Positions 1-26,420 of a stretch of DNA of 64,000 bases are shown piece by piece (position 1 is the stretch's first letter; every line of letters starts with the position of its first letter). The notes below the pieces were generated by a model. It saw nothing but the letters and a program-made list of their open reading frames with translations. It was not told the origin of the DNA and did not search any database. A program made the position numbers and the translations under genes. Origin of the DNA: Paraspadella gotoi (lineage: Eukaryota; Animalia; Chaetognatha); NCBI GenBank assembly GCA_051294375.1, contig CM119271.1, positions 490,721 to 554,720 of the forward strand. Direction: 5' to 3'.

Positions 1-1542
1 AATTGTCGTGGGCGGATTACGCCGACTGTCAGAGCAACGGACATTGGGACAATTATCTCAAATGCAGTTGATTCGTTGGTTTTTTTTTTTAAAAAAAGGA
101 TCGCAATCATGTTCGACTTTAATCAAAGCTACTATTTTTGTTTTATTCGTTTTATTTTATATATTTACTTTGTTTTTTATATGACAAACAGTTAAACTGG
201 CTGAGAATTTTGATCGTTTAAAACGCTCGAACGCGGCGTGAGTTGTCTCCCCAAGCTAACATCGATGGAACTTCCATTGGAAGGGATAATGCAGACGTTC
301 CGATTTGACTCTCGTTCAAAACTATTATCCAAAAAAATTAGATCTTTCATAGTCGACAGGTAAAACTAAAATGACTCGTAAATTTGTATGATGATAACAG
401 TATGAAATTGATACCATTTATAAAAATTATTCGCTCAATAAAAGGGCCGATCTTTGTCAATGGGGTGGGTCAGAAGTTAGATTTGGGAACCTTCCCAAAT
501 GAATCTTCTGAGAAAACTTTCAATGGACCAAAATTTTCTAAAATGGCTAGAAGCACTAATAATTAGTATAATTCTTTTGAATATTTTGAATATTTTGAAT
601 ATTTTGAATATTTTGATGATAAGTGGGTTAAAATAAAATAAAACATCAAAATTTTAAAAAGCTGTAATTACATTTTTTGCTTACATTTTTTAGCTCTATC
701 AGAATCAATTAAAAACACTTAAAATATCAAAAAAACATTGTTAACATTATATAGCAATATAATAATTTTAATTAGCGAAATACTCATGGTTCGGAACATT
801 TTTGCAAAAAATATTTCAACATAATAATTAATACGATTAATGAATTAGGCCTATGATAAGTTAAGCTCTAGAACCTTAATACTAATTAATAACAATAATT
901 GTCAATAATTGTATCTCCCAGAATGCTCGGCTTTATTTTTAAAAAATGTATTTTTACTTTTCCCAACGTACGTGACTAATTTTTAAAACGTAATTTAAAA
1001 TATTTTTAAAATATAATATATATAATGATTAAACTTAAGCTTTTAAACTACATATCTTACACTAAAAAAATCCTCTTTGTCGAGACAGCTAGTCTCTTGT
1101 CTTCTCCCGTCTTGCCTTCCCCGCCTGGCGATTCGTGTTTAAATCAACCACATTTGCTGAATCTAGCACACACACACACTCGCTCTCTCTCCTCCACACA
1201 TTACAAAAACTCGCAACGCAGCTTCGCGTCAAATCGCGACACAAAAACAATCTCGCAATCACACCCCCCCCCACCGTGAATTCGTTGTCAACTCGAAAGC
1301 GTCGACCTTTGTGGTCTAAATAAAAATGTGAATATTAGACTCAAAACATCGACATGACGTGATCAGACAAAGCGGCGTTTACTATCTTTTTCTTTTTTAC
1401 GGATCGATCGAAAAGGTATCAAGGAGATAAACCAGCGAATCTTCCATAATTAATCCGAAAAAAATTATTTTTCTTGTCAGTTCTAATCTGAATTTGACCA
1501 AAAACGGCGAAGATGATTCGTTAACTCGTCCGCCGGAACAAA

Positions 1543-4500
1543 ATGGATCAAGGTACTTTTTTAAATTCCACCCAAGTCGTCGAATATATCCCGCCAGCCG
1601 TGCCTACATTCCTTTGTATCCGAATTGTTATACAATATACAATCTACAGATTCTCTTTTTTTGCTCAGGAATGAAGCGGCGCCAGCTTTTCTTGGACTTC
1701 AACGGAAAAGCAGTCGCCACGGGCGATGCGTCTCCCGTCGCCGTCGTCATGGGCAACGGGACCAATTCGCAGAACCAGATATCCTCTCCGCCGCAAAGTC
1801 TTTCCCTGCCGCTTCGGCCCCCGAGCCTTCCCTTATCTCAACAGAACTCTTCGGTTAGTGTTTTTAATTGTTAATTATTTATAAATATTTGGCAAAATTT
1901 CATTGTTTCACGAAAATTTCGTTTCACTTAAATCTAAAACAAACAACAAAAAGAAAGGCTTAACACAATGGCAAAATTTCCAAAACTTTTTCAATAACTC
2001 TTTAACTAATTCCCAACGAGTTCTTCTGTAAGATATTAAAATTTGAATGTACTTTTTTCTAGTTTAGAGATTACTATAGTTATCTTAACTGGTTTACAGC
2101 AACCCATCGGCTCCTACATGGCAACCATGGGCCATCCTACACAAATTGAACGTTTACGGTCTCATAGGTAATAAAATATTAAACTATTAACATTTCTTTT
2201 TCGAAAAAAAAAAACTAATTCACTTCTTCGACGACTGTCTCCAAGCCACACTCTCGAATCCACGGGTCGCCTCCAAATCTCCCCCGAGCAGGCCTTCGAC
2301 TTCACGGCGGAAGATCTCGAGGATCGAGGAGAGATCGGGCGCGGCGCCTACGGCTGCGTCAACAAGATGTGGCATAAGAAGAGCGACACCTTCATGGCCG
2401 TCAAGGTGCGTGGGTGCGAGGAAAGAAAGGTCGCAGGCTAAACTTTACTTTCGCCGACCGCGGTCTTGGCGGCTTTTGGAAAACTACTTAAAAATATTTA
2501 TTTAAAAATTTTTTTTTTTTTTTAAATATTCCCTAATTACCCTAAGCCTAAACCCATTTAACCCTCAACCACCCTAAAACCACCCTTAACCCTAACCCCG
2601 GTCGGCGAAAGTAAAAGTAACCCAGGTCGCATATAGATCGGACATTGTCGCAGTTACACAAGGCCAATAGACTTTGTTCCTGCAGTCATGACCGGGTGGG
2701 ACGTTGATAAATCCCTACCCCGTCCCAGCCCTACTGGACGCGTGAGGACGGCTGTAAACCTTAGCGACCTCCGCAAGCATAATTCCAAGCACAGGATCCA
2801 TTCCGTGCCTGCTTATTAAGCAGTGCTTAAAGGGGTTGGCAATCTTCACCGCTCTTAGTACCTCATGAGAAAATAATTATCAGACTGATCAGTTCGATAA
2901 GAATGAAGTATAGATGAATGTATTTACTGTCAGTGTACCTAAACCTAAATCATTCTTTTAATAACTTCAAAAACAGCGTATCCGCTCCACCGTCGACGAA
3001 AAGGAGCAAAAACAGCTCCTCATGGATTTGGACGTCGTCATGAGGAGTAATGACTGTCCTTATATCGTCCAGTTTTACGGTGCTCTTTTTAAGGAGGTGA
3101 TTACATATTATTACGCAATTAATTTCACATTCACGAATGTAAATGTTTTTGATTTTCCAATTTGTCTCGGTTTTAGGGCGACGCCTGGATTTGCATGGAG
3201 CTTCTGAGCACGTCCCTCGATAAGTTTTATAAGTTCGTGACTGTGGGAAAGCAGCAGTCCATCCCCGAAAACATTCTCGGAAAGATCACCGTCGCGACCG
3301 TGAAGGCGCTCAACTATCTCAAGGAAAAGCTCAAGATAATTCACAGAGGTGAGAAATTGTAATTAAAATGAATATAGTTTCATTTAATGCGAGAAGTGAG
3401 GGAGGGAGATGAGCTTTTCTCTATTTGTTGCCTCAGTTTCACATATCTACACGCTACATATATCCTCTATATAACTATTTCCCACAGACGTGAAGCCTTC
3501 GAACATTCTGCTCGGCCGCGGCGGCGCCATCAAACTCTGCGACTTTGGCATTTCCGGTCAATTGATCGACTCGATCGCCAAGACGCGCGACGCCGGGTGT
3601 CGCCCTTACATGGCGCCAGAGAGGATCGACCCGCGTCAGTCGGGCAAAGGCTACGACGTTCGTTCCGACGTTTGGAGTCTTGGAATCACACTGGTCAGAT
3701 AAGACTGGATTGTAATGAAGATTGAATGAAGATTGTTATAAAAATTGTATGGAAATGGAACTGTAGACTACACGGTTGAATAGATGATGTACATTGTACA
3801 AACTACATACTGTATAATAGTGTATATTGTTTAACCTAACCCTGTACTTGTATTCTTTCCCCTTCCTGCCCTCCCCGCTTTTCCCTCTAAAGGTGGAGGT
3901 GTCCAGTGGGCGTTTTCCTTACCGGAAATGGAATTCTGTTTTCGATCAGCTCACCGAAGTCGTCCAGGGATCTGCGCCTAAAATGGACGCGGAGGTAAGA
4001 ATTTAATGCTTTGAGTTTTTTATTTATAAAAAAACTAAGGTAGCAAGTTTTCATTTGATGTCAGTTTTGGAAAATATTTCAATTTGAATAAAATTTGATT
4101 TCAGGCATATCCACAATACTCGACCGATTTTTTGTCTTTCGTAAATATGTGTCTGTCAAAGGAAGAAAAGTCAAGGCCAAAGTACAACAAGCTAATGGAA
4201 ACGGCTTTTATCAAGGTAATTTTATAATTTGGTAAGTAATTAATGCATTTTTTTTTATACGGCTACACTGGATCTTGTTGTTTTATAGTATATACCAGAT
4301 TATTCAATTTGTTTTTGTAGTTTTTGGATAATTAAATTCTCATTTTAATTAAAACTCATTTGCATGTTGCAGTATGGTAAATTCTTGTTTGCCGATGCTT
4401 TCAAACATAAAACATTATTAACAAAGTCTGCAAATAACCATACTAATATGGTCTCGAAAACGCAGTAAACTAATAGTGTTTTTTCTTTGAGATTTGTCTT

Positions 4501-4867
4501 CGGAATTTGAATTGATGTTAACAATTTTCTGAAATCATTCTCTCGATATAAATCTAAAAAAGGTTTCCCGTCAAGTCATCTCAGTACGTTTTCTCTCTCT
4601 ACGTCTTCAGTTATTCCTGACGACCATCTTATATTCTATTTGGGAGGTTCTATCTTGATAGAACCAAGAAGAATCTACTTATCAGTTAGATGCTAAAAAG
4701 TTCTATACAATATACATATTACATAATTACATTATAAATCTATTTAAATTAAAATTTAAATCTATCTCTAGAGCTACGAAAAGAAAGAGGTCGACGTGGG
4801 TTCCTACGTCTCGTCGATCATCGATCAATATCCCGTCGATCTCGTTTCGCCCATGGACACTTACTGA
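1543..4867 (+). CDS. MAP2K4: Dual-specificity MAP kinase kinase 4 (MKK4/SEK1), ~409 aa, 10 exons
   Basis: Exons 1543-1552, 1669-1853, 2100-2167, 2246-2405, 2977-3096, 3177-3348, 3488-3693, 3893-3994, 4105-4215, 4772-4867; all GT-AG, total 1230 nt in frame. N-terminal docking motif [29 protein letters not shown], and the MKK4 activation loop [20 protein letters not shown]. Confidence 0.96.
2436..2623. mobile_element. MITE with ~25-bp TIRs, 8-bp TSD and CCCTAA-like core (in MKK4 intron 4)
   Basis: TIRs GGCTAAACTTTACTTTCGCCGACCG / CGGTCGGCGAAAGTAAAAGTAACCC; AGGTCGCA duplicated at 2428-2435 and 2624-2631; related ends near 7485 and 8150. Confidence 0.8.
2632..2870 (+). mobile_element. Diverged solo LTR related to tRNA-containing TRIM family A
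   Basis: Shares GCGTGAGGACGGCTGTAA and TTCCAAGCACAGGATCCATTCCGTG blocks with the LTR at 53067-53343; termini degraded. Confidence 0.5.
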
Positions 4868-7800
4868 AGAAAAGACGGCCATATTTTCCGAAAGCTCCCC
4901 CATTTCAGCTTAAATTCGGAAATGAGTAAGTTTTAAGGTTTAAGAACTAGTTTAAAAGTCAGGATCAAGGATCTGGTTAACGAATAGGTTTGTCGTTAAG
5001 GTTTAAAACTTTATATTTTTTTAAAGATTTTGCCAATTAATTATTATCTAAAAATCCGATTAGGTTTCATCTACATAGAGCGAAAGATTCCTTGAAATGA
5101 TCTAATTCCTCTCGCAGGTGATTTGAATGGCTGGTGGTTTATCGTCTCCGTCGGACCGAGGAGAAAAACCGTCCAACGCCGAGTGAGAAAACAAAAACTC
5201 GGATAACTAATCTTGGATAACTTTCTCGACTGTTTTGTGAAGCACTGGACCCGTCGTCCCATCCATTTTCATATCCTTTTTTCCTCCTCTCCCCCTATCT
5301 TTTGCTCCCTTCCTTCTCCCTTACACTTCTCCTCTCTTCCCCCCCCCACCTCCTTTTCCACCTAAGCTTGGCCCTCGTTGACAACGCTCCGCTCCGGACA
5401 CCCAGATGGTCGTGCGTCTGTCCGGCAGGACCGGACATCCGGAATGGTTTTCTGTTTACGCGCGCCAACTTTGGAATGCATATTGATTAGAAAAGAAAAA
5501 AAACAAACCAATTTTTGTATTTCATTAAATTTTCTTCACCCCTTTACCCCCCCCGTCAGCCCACCGCAACTTTTAACTTCATTATGGGATATATTTTCAC
5601 GAACTATTTGCTAAACGATTCGTTAAACAGCATTATTTTGAATGACTGTATAAAATTAATTTCTTTTAAATTATTATCATCTCCCTCGGATATTAATTTG
5701 CTTTACTTTTACGTTTATATATATATATTTTTCGTTTTTTGCTTCCTCCCATTAGAGTTCACCTCCTCCACCTCTTCTTTCTTTTCTATTAATTAAGTTG
5801 TTAAGTTTCTTGTCCCACCTCGTGCCATATGTTTTTTCTTTTCCTTGCCACGTCCATCCCAAACTTGTTTACTGCTTCCAACTAATAATCTTTTATCAGA
5901 AAATGCACGCGCGAGGAGTGAAAAAAAAAAGACCTTTCAAAGTTGTAATAATTCGCCGGGTCTCGCTGTAAAACATATATCCGACTTATTTTTATTATTT
6001 TTGCTAAACGCTACGAGAATTATCGAATTTTTCCTTCTTGGAATTTTTCCTTCTCCGTCAACGAAAGTGATTTTAAAATTCGTAGTTTATCTCCACGTTT
6101 ATATTCTATCCCTAATTTCCCCCCAACGCCAAGGGAAAGAGTAATACAGAACCGCGGTTAGCAAATTTCACGCGCCCAACTTTTTTTGTCATAAACCCGC
6201 TGCTGCTACCCAGATTTTTTGCGCTCCCACTCTATATATATATTTTCGCTAATCGAATGCGAGTTCATGATAACCGATATATATATATCAAGCATCGCTC
6301 AGAGAGAGAAAAAAGTCAACTTATTTTTACTATGCAATCGGTTGGAAGAAACCGAACCGTCGTTGACTGTTTGTCGAACTGTTTAGTTTTAATTTCGGAC
6401 AGTCTCGGATCGTTATATACCTAAATACTATAATACATTTCGAATATTAAGCGTTTCGCTTAATGACGAATCTCCGCAGCCTTGCGATGTTAATTTCTAG
6501 TATTTTCTATGAAATTAAGTTGAATGTCAATTCGCACTTTCTTAAAATATAAACAAAACTAACACCGATCGATCGGCATTGTTTGTATACATATTGGTTT
6601 TTAAGTTAGATCGCAATTTATTTTTTACGTTGATTGTGAACCAATTATTGTTGGTTCGCCCTGTGGGGTTGTGATAATTTTCTCTTTGATTGCATTCCGT
6701 TAATACAAAATTAAACTGGTACCTAAATTCTACTTTTTTTATTTCCGCGTTATAAATTTACCTAGCACAGTTTACCCATGTGTACTGGACTTTAATTCTT
6801 TATCTACGTAGTACAAGTATTATCGAATTTAGAAAATGTTCTGATCATGAATTTGAGCCTGGTTTACCGCTACCCAAGGTTTGTCCTATTGAATCTTATT
6901 GCTCATGAGTCAATTTTTTACGTCAGACCTATTAAAGCTTGCCGCAACACACCCAGTTGATTTTAATTTTGCTGGGGTTTTGGACCTTTTTTTAAAAAAG
7001 CAAAAAATATTATTACACCTTTTTAAAATTTTGATATTTTATTATTCAAAACTAAAACTGCAAAAATCATCGGATTTTCGCAAATTTGACCCACTTCTCT
7101 TCAAAATATTAAAAAAAAAACTATCTTGTATAGACAACTTTTCATTAGCTATTTGAATTTGCTTTTAAAAATATAAAATTTTTAAGAAATTGACATTTCT
7201 TCTCTATAAATAAATATTTAAAGATAATTATTAATCCTTCTAAACATTTTAGAAAATTTTGTTCCATTGAAAGTTTTTTCAAAAATGTATAAAGTTTTAT
7301 TTGGGAAGGTTCCCAAATCAAACTTGTTATAGATTTAGCCTTAGTTTAAGGGTGGATTAAGGTTAGAGGTAATTAGGGGTAAGGCGGAACAAGGTGAAAA
7401 CTTAATTCTGTGATAAAAACAATGTTAGTGTCTAGGCCTTTAGGGTTAGGGTAATTAAGTAATAATAATAAGTATTTTTAAAACCCCGGTCAGCGAAAAT
7501 AAAATTTTATAATTTAAGATTGATTGGAATGCCATTCCTTTAAGATTAGGTAAAAAAGATATAAGTATAATCAGTATCCCACCTTAATTTGGGTAACTTT
7601 ACTATTCGACGTCCGTAACCAACCTTAGGTACCACCGGTCGGTGCTTTGTTCATCAATTTAATTTTGTTTTCCCTCAAGCGTCGAGTCTCACTTTGCGCA
7701 ATAATATATATAATATAATTGTTTTAAATTTATTTTAATTGCTATTTTTATATTTGAGGTAAAAAATGAATAGTTTGTTTATGTACGAGTTTTTAATAAA

Positions 7801-9225
7801 GAATAAATTTCGTACATGTTTCAGCTTCAACGTTAACCTGCGCAAAAACGAATTGATTTGTGAAACAAATATTTTCGCAAACATTTTCTCTCTCTCTTTT
7901 CAAACTTCAGTCTGTAAAAATGTTTTTTTACAAATCAATTCTTTTTTGCGCTGATGGAAGTTTACATTGAAGCCGAAACATATCCAAAATTGTTTAATAA
8001 AACAATATTAAGAAAAACAATAATTTTGTGTTATATTTTTTAAACGGTTAGCAATTGGGTTAAGGTTGGTTTAGGATTAGGGGTGGTTAGGAATTTGTAA
8101 TAAAAAAGCCGCTCATAAGAAGCGAAAAAAAAAACTGACCGCAAAATCCCGGTCGGCGAATGTAAAAATAAGCCCTTAATTTTATATTCAATTGTTTTTA
8201 TTATAACAGCTATGAAAACAAAAGTAGACCCAGCCTCCCCTTAATAAAAACAATAAGGTAGAAAATTAATCTATATTTTAGAAGGCCATCTTGGTATTGA
8301 ATAACAACATTTAAAAACAGGACTGACCGAACGGCTGGTCGAGGCAAATTTCGTATTTACAAGCGACGAGCAATTTTGACAAGATTTACGCATTGTAATC
8401 ACGTGATATAAATTGAATTTTGTGATAGTGAATAACAAAATGAAAACGGCACGTAATTTATTTTTTTGGTTACTAAGGCACTTTTCTTTGACTTTTCTTA
8501 CAGCATGGGGAAAGACAAAAAAAGATGATAAAAGCTTAAACAATGTTAATTAGGAATTGACTGATAAAACTAAGAAACCTTTCCGCCAATTCTCTTTACG
8601 TTCAATAACGTCGTTGAAATGCGCATTATGTATAAATTTGAAATATTTTTATGAGCAATCGTAAATAAAAACAATCTATTAGAATCCTTTTCATGTCGTA
8701 CTCTCAAAAAGCTACCGATCGTTTTGAAAGCGGACCGTTATTTAAATCAATGATACCACATAATTGATACAAAGAACGAGGGAATGAAAAAATGATATCT
8801 CAACGGAAAAAGTCACGGCACCTTTTGTCGTGCATGAAAAAGGTAACGGGTGGTTCCCGCGCGAGGATTGAAGATACGGATTCGTCCCACGAACTTTTGA
8901 AATATTTTTAAAAATTTAAAAAATCGAAAAAAAACTTTAGCGCTTGAGGATGGGGGACTATTAACGGGGGCTCTTGGCATATATATTTATTTATATATGG
9001 CATAACGCGAAAGAATCTTTTTTAACAATGTTATGAGACAAAAGACTAGCAGTGTTGTTTATCGACAAGAATAGAAACTTGGAAAGGCACGATTTGTTTT
9101 GAATTCATTCCGCGATTGGTTCATTTATATGTCAACTTTGAAGAAAACAAATGTTAATTACGAATGCGCTCAATGTGTACATTTATGATATGGATTGTAA
9201 CATAACAGAAGTATATATTTCATTT

Positions 9226-21419
<12,194 letters not shown>

Positions 21420-22113
21420 GGCGTCTCTCAGTTTTTACGGTGTTAAGTTGTTTTTATGTTTTGTTTTGAAATTTTTTTTTCCTTTGACTGGCTTCTTTAT
21501 TAGTTTTCTTTTGTTTTCGTTCGTTTAAAAATCGTTTAGTTTCTTTAAAAAATGTTTAAAATCTTCGGCGCCACCCAACTTTATGTCGTTGTTTTCGTCG
21601 GCGGTTTTGTTTCTTTGTTATGCGTCACGTTTTGCTTGGTTATTAGTTTTGTTTTGTTTTGTTTTATGTTTTGCTCTTTTTTGTTGTTGTTGTTTTATTT
21701 TTTCCTTGGCCGCTGTGTTAATTGAAGGCGGCGGCCAAGCCAGAGCCGCCCTCCAATCTGGAAGAGAGAAAAAAAGAAAAAAAAGGAAAATAAAATGTTT
21801 AAAAAAAAAGAAAAAAAGAAGGAGCAATTACGAAACTGAGGCCGTGGTGATTAATTTTGTTTATTTTTTACAATTTTGGATGCGGCCACAGATTTGTAAG
21901 CGCATCTCGAAAACTTAAATTTTTCTCGCAGTCGCCTTGTGGCCATACATTCACTCAGTTTATCCGTTTTACGATCCTGGTCAGACTAAGGTTCGGGCCC
22001 AATAGCATTGGAGTATTTGGGGCAAATAACAACCGGTAATTTGTCCTCCGTGTGTTGCACGAAAGTGAATAAAAATTGTTACTACTCTAATCGTTTTAAC
22101 AAAACTTTGCCTT

Positions 22114-23441
22114 TGAAGAGACAGTAATTATTGTTATGTGTTAGTGACAGAACCATTTAATATAAGCAGTTCCTGAGCTTCGGATCAGGCTGTAACACCG
22201 TGTTACAGGCGGGTTAAGAACCCCGTCCCTCTTAACTGTCAGGCGACCACCGGGCTAGAACCCCGGACCTTTGGGTTGGGAGGCGAATGACTTGCCTCTG
22301 GAATCAATGGCCGCTGATGAACGGTTGGTGGATTTTAGTCCACCATACATCCCCCCTCCCATAGGGAGAAGTCTGTTGTGTCTCTTCAGTGAATTGTTGG
22401 TTGAAAGTTCGTCACCAAGTTGAGGCATATCGCCTGATGTGTTGTGGGCGGAAAGTGCATCGCCAGGTTGAGGCATGTCGTCTGAAAGTGTTGTTGTTGC
22501 TGTTGTGTTCGGAAGTCAGGCTCACCAATGAAGAGACAGTAATTATTGTTGTTAAAGAGTTTATAATGATTTTTGTCTGAGTTGAGCCCTGACCTTTTAT
22601 TTTTTAATGGCTCAAATATCTGAATTTAAAGTTTAATTGAATGACTCCAATAGTTCTGTTAAAAGCCTCTAATTGGTTGAATTTTATACATTGAATTTGA
22701 ATATCTGGTCTCTCATTGGTTAATAATAACTAGTAGATGTTTTGATTTTATTCTCAAAATGTGAACTCTCCTCTCATTGGTTGTAATAATTTTGTCCTTG
22801 TATATAAAAGGGGAGTAAATTCTTAATTTTTGGGAGATTCCTCTTAGATCATCAGGTATTAAATGATATTTGTGAAATTACTTGAATATGTTAATTAATT
22901 TTAAGCTTTTATGTAGCTTTGAGCTGTTGCTGCGTCTCAGCTCTGTTGCTGCATCTTGGTTCTACTGCTACTGTTGTTGCGTATTGGCTCTACTGCTGCT
23001 GCTGCATTTTGGCTCTCTGTCATTCTGATGCACGTCTCTCAATGATTATTGGATATTGAATACTTAATAAAGTTATTATTCTATTTTTATCTTTTGATAT
23101 ATGGATTGAGTTAATATTAAGTCGAGATTTAGCACTGCTCAAAGTAATTATTTTTATGTGTTAGTGACAGAACCATTCAATATAAGCAGTTCCTGAGCTT
23201 CGGATCAGGCTGTAACACCGTGTTACAGGCGGGTTAAGAGCCCCGTCCCTCTTAACTGTCAGGCGACTACCGGGCTAAAACCCCGGACCTTTGGGTTGGG
23301 AGGCGAATGACTTGCCTCTGGCATCAATGGCCGCTGATGAACAGTTGGTGGATTTTAGTCCACCATACATCCCCCCTCCCGTAGGGAGAAGTCTGTTGCG
23401 TCTCTTCAGTGAATTGTTGTTGGTTGAAAGTTCGTCACCAA
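22114..23441 (-). mobile_element. tRNA-containing TRIM family B, tandem array (partial internal-LTR-internal-LTR)
   Basis: 3' LTR 22349->22114 (TGTATGG...CTCTTCA) is preceded by PPT GGGAGGGGGGA (22360-22350). PBS TGGTGAGCCTGAC (22527-22515) lies 1 nt after the 5' LTR end at 22529. The 5' LTR (23369->22529) is interrupted by ~600 bp. A further PPT plus partial internal region lies at 23370-23441. tRNA-like cassette at 22314-22243. Confidence 0.85.
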
Positions 23442-26145
23442 TAACGGATTAATATCTTATAAAAATTTCTGTTTGGATTTATTTGGACCCTTAAAGTTGA
23501 GATATTATTAGATTGTATTTAATTAAACCTTTTAAAATTTTTCGTAAAAAAAAATCAGTACAGTAGGGTCAATATTTTAAAATTTATACACCTGTATTAC
23601 AGGTCCTGGCAGCTAAAGAAAAGTCCGGAAATAAAAGGAGAGATTTCGAAGAGGAATCAAACTCCTTGGTTTTTTTTATTAGCGACTTTTGCGACCCGCG
23701 GCTGCCGCCGCCGCCGCCGCCGCCGCCGCCGCGGCACGAGTCACTGTAACCGTTATTTTTTTTATTTGTTTCAAACTTTCTTTTTGCCTTAATAAGATTT
23801 TTTGTTGTTATTTTGTTTCGAGTTTTGAAATACGCAGGCGAACGTTCTATTTTTGTTTTTTCTTTTTTTATTTGTTTTTTAGTTGAAAAACTTTTTCATC
23901 AATTATTTGAATTTTTAAGACAAAAGCCATTAACTTTTAACGTTTGAAATTTTCCTATACGGTCGCTTAAATATATTTTACATTTGTTGTTTTGGCTTTT
24001 ATATTCTAAAGATATTGTAAAAATTTGGTCAAGTTATGTTTGAATCAAATAAGTACAAATTTCAATTTTAATTAACTAGACTATAAACAATATATTTGTA
24101 TAAAAACACAGAAAACAATAAACCTATAAACAAACGAAACTATAATACAAACAAACAAAAACAACGCTTCGGAATTTAATAGTAAAATCACTAGAATTTG
24201 CGGAAGACAAGAAAGTTCGGCAGAGTGGATTGAATGAACAGTGAATTCTCACCAGTGCAGTTTTGAACAAAGGCAAGGCCAAAGATGACCAGCGAAAATG
24301 CAAATGCTATGCGATGCAATGACGAGTCCCTTGGTTAGTTGGTCTAGTAAAATAATATTCCATTCAAGCGATTTGTCTCAATCATGAATCTCGTGTATGA
24401 ATTTGTAGTCTTTCCGACTTAATTCCTGGAAAAAAAGTTTCGCTTAGTCACACGTGCGCGAGTGTCGTCACGTGATCTAGTGAATGAATGGAAGAATATA
24501 AAAATGTTGAAATGATGAGGATTAATTGAACGAACAGTTTTGAAATGAAAAAAATAGGATGAAGAAAAAATGAATCAAAAAGATGAAAGTAAAGGGTTAA
24601 TCAAAGTCGAACCCACGATCATATCTTGACCAAACAAGAAAGAGTGAGATCGAGAGAAAGAGGGAAGAGAGAGAGAGAGAGAAAGAAAAAGAGAAATAGT
24701 TTACTTTAAATTTCGTTAATTCGGTTTTCGTTATTTTCGTTTCTCGTTAACTCGCGTTTCGTTAAATCGCAAAGTTCCGTTAACCGTTGACGAAAAAAAA
24801 TAACTGTTGACGTCGTCGTCGTCGTCTTCGTCGTCGTCTTCAAAAATAACTCGTCCTAATGAATCTAATTTCTATTTGGGGAAAGTCGCCTGTTTGGGCC
24901 CCAAGTTTTTCGTCCAATTCTTTTTATTAGCCATAGCCGATGAATTTTAAATGCTAATGTATACAGCATTAAAATAACCTATCATGACCATAGATTATGG
25001 TATTCAAATATTTTTTGTCAAAAATGCTTTCTTCTGAGGGTACTAGCCTAATGAAAAATATTATATTACTATATAGAGCTAAATTTTTTTGGAAATCTTA
25101 AAATTTTTTGATGGATTCCGATAGAGCATAAAAATTTAAACAAGAAATTCTTACATTTTCTAAGTGAAAATATAAAAAACTGATAATCATCGAAAGATGA
25201 TGATGATTTTTTACAGTTTTTCTTATCTTAAAAATATTTAAAAAAGAATTATACTTTGTGTAGATAACTTTTATGAGCTATCTGAAACTGGTCTTAAAAT
25301 TTAAAAATTATAAAACAAATTTTTGGCCTTTCCTATCTATAAATAAATATTAAAAAAATAATTACTAGGATACAGCCATATTAGAAATTTTTTGTCCATT
25401 GAAAGTATTCTTAAAAATGTATAAATATTCGTTTGAGCATGTACTGACTCTAAATTTTTGACTCACCCCATTGAGTTGGGCTACCCCTATTTTTATGATG
25501 TGCACGATGCAATTAAAGATGTTGTACGTTGTTGAGGATTTTGATGATGGTTTGATATACTTTTTAAGTTAAGTTATGTTATGTTTTCATTTAAGTTTTA
25601 AAGTTTCCAGGTTCCGCAGTCGACAAGGATTTCTTCTATAAAATTTTATTGTTTTTTAAAATAAACTTAAACCCGCAAATAAGAATATTAGTTTGACTTC
25701 AATCATTTCACAAACAAGTTCCAATAGCCGGGACCCTGTTCAAAGGACTAAAATAAAAAACAAATTCTTATTTATTTTTCGATTTAAATTAAAAAAATAT
25801 TTTAAAATAAGGTTGTCATAAAAGTCAACTCGTTATAAACCTTCGACTTTGTTCTAAACTTTCGAATATGAGAAACTATTTGAAAAGTTTGCAAGTCATA
25901 TTAAAAATTTTTAAGCCAAAAAATATTAGAATTTGGTTTCGAAGACAAATTCAAAGAAAAAATTAGGACCAGTGGGAATAATATATCAATATATATGACG
26001 AAATATGACATCTTAGGAAGAAACACAATGTTAAGATTGTTATTTAAAATTAAGTGATTGTTGTTGAAACTAAATAGTTAAAAATATTTGGACGAGCGAG
26101 GTTAAAAAAATAGAAGAAGAAAATCAGAGCTGTTAAAACTTTTAA

Positions 26146-26188
<43 letters not shown>

Positions 26189-26420
26189 CGGGTTTTCGGA
26201 AGTCATCGTGGTTACAGACTTTTTCTTTTTTTCTCTTTCTCTTCTTTTCTCAGAGAAAATTTTTCTACTCCTTAAAACATGTTTTTCTAAAATTTACTTT
26301 GGTTTGTTTACAACGGAAATGATCAAAGAAAAAAAAAGTACATTTGTGATTTGAAGTTACTTCTTTTAAGTGAAAAAAGGATTTATTTTCTATGAGATTT
26401 GCAAAAACGGAAATCACGAT

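Noticed and set aside
1-360. Possible exon fragments at the window start
   Set aside because: Short, more GC-rich patches with no recognisable protein motif or consistent splice structure.
22243-22314. Functional tRNA-Gly(CCC) gene
   Set aside because: The anticodon stem is mispaired and the sequence is embedded in an LTR; treated as a tRNA-derived cassette.
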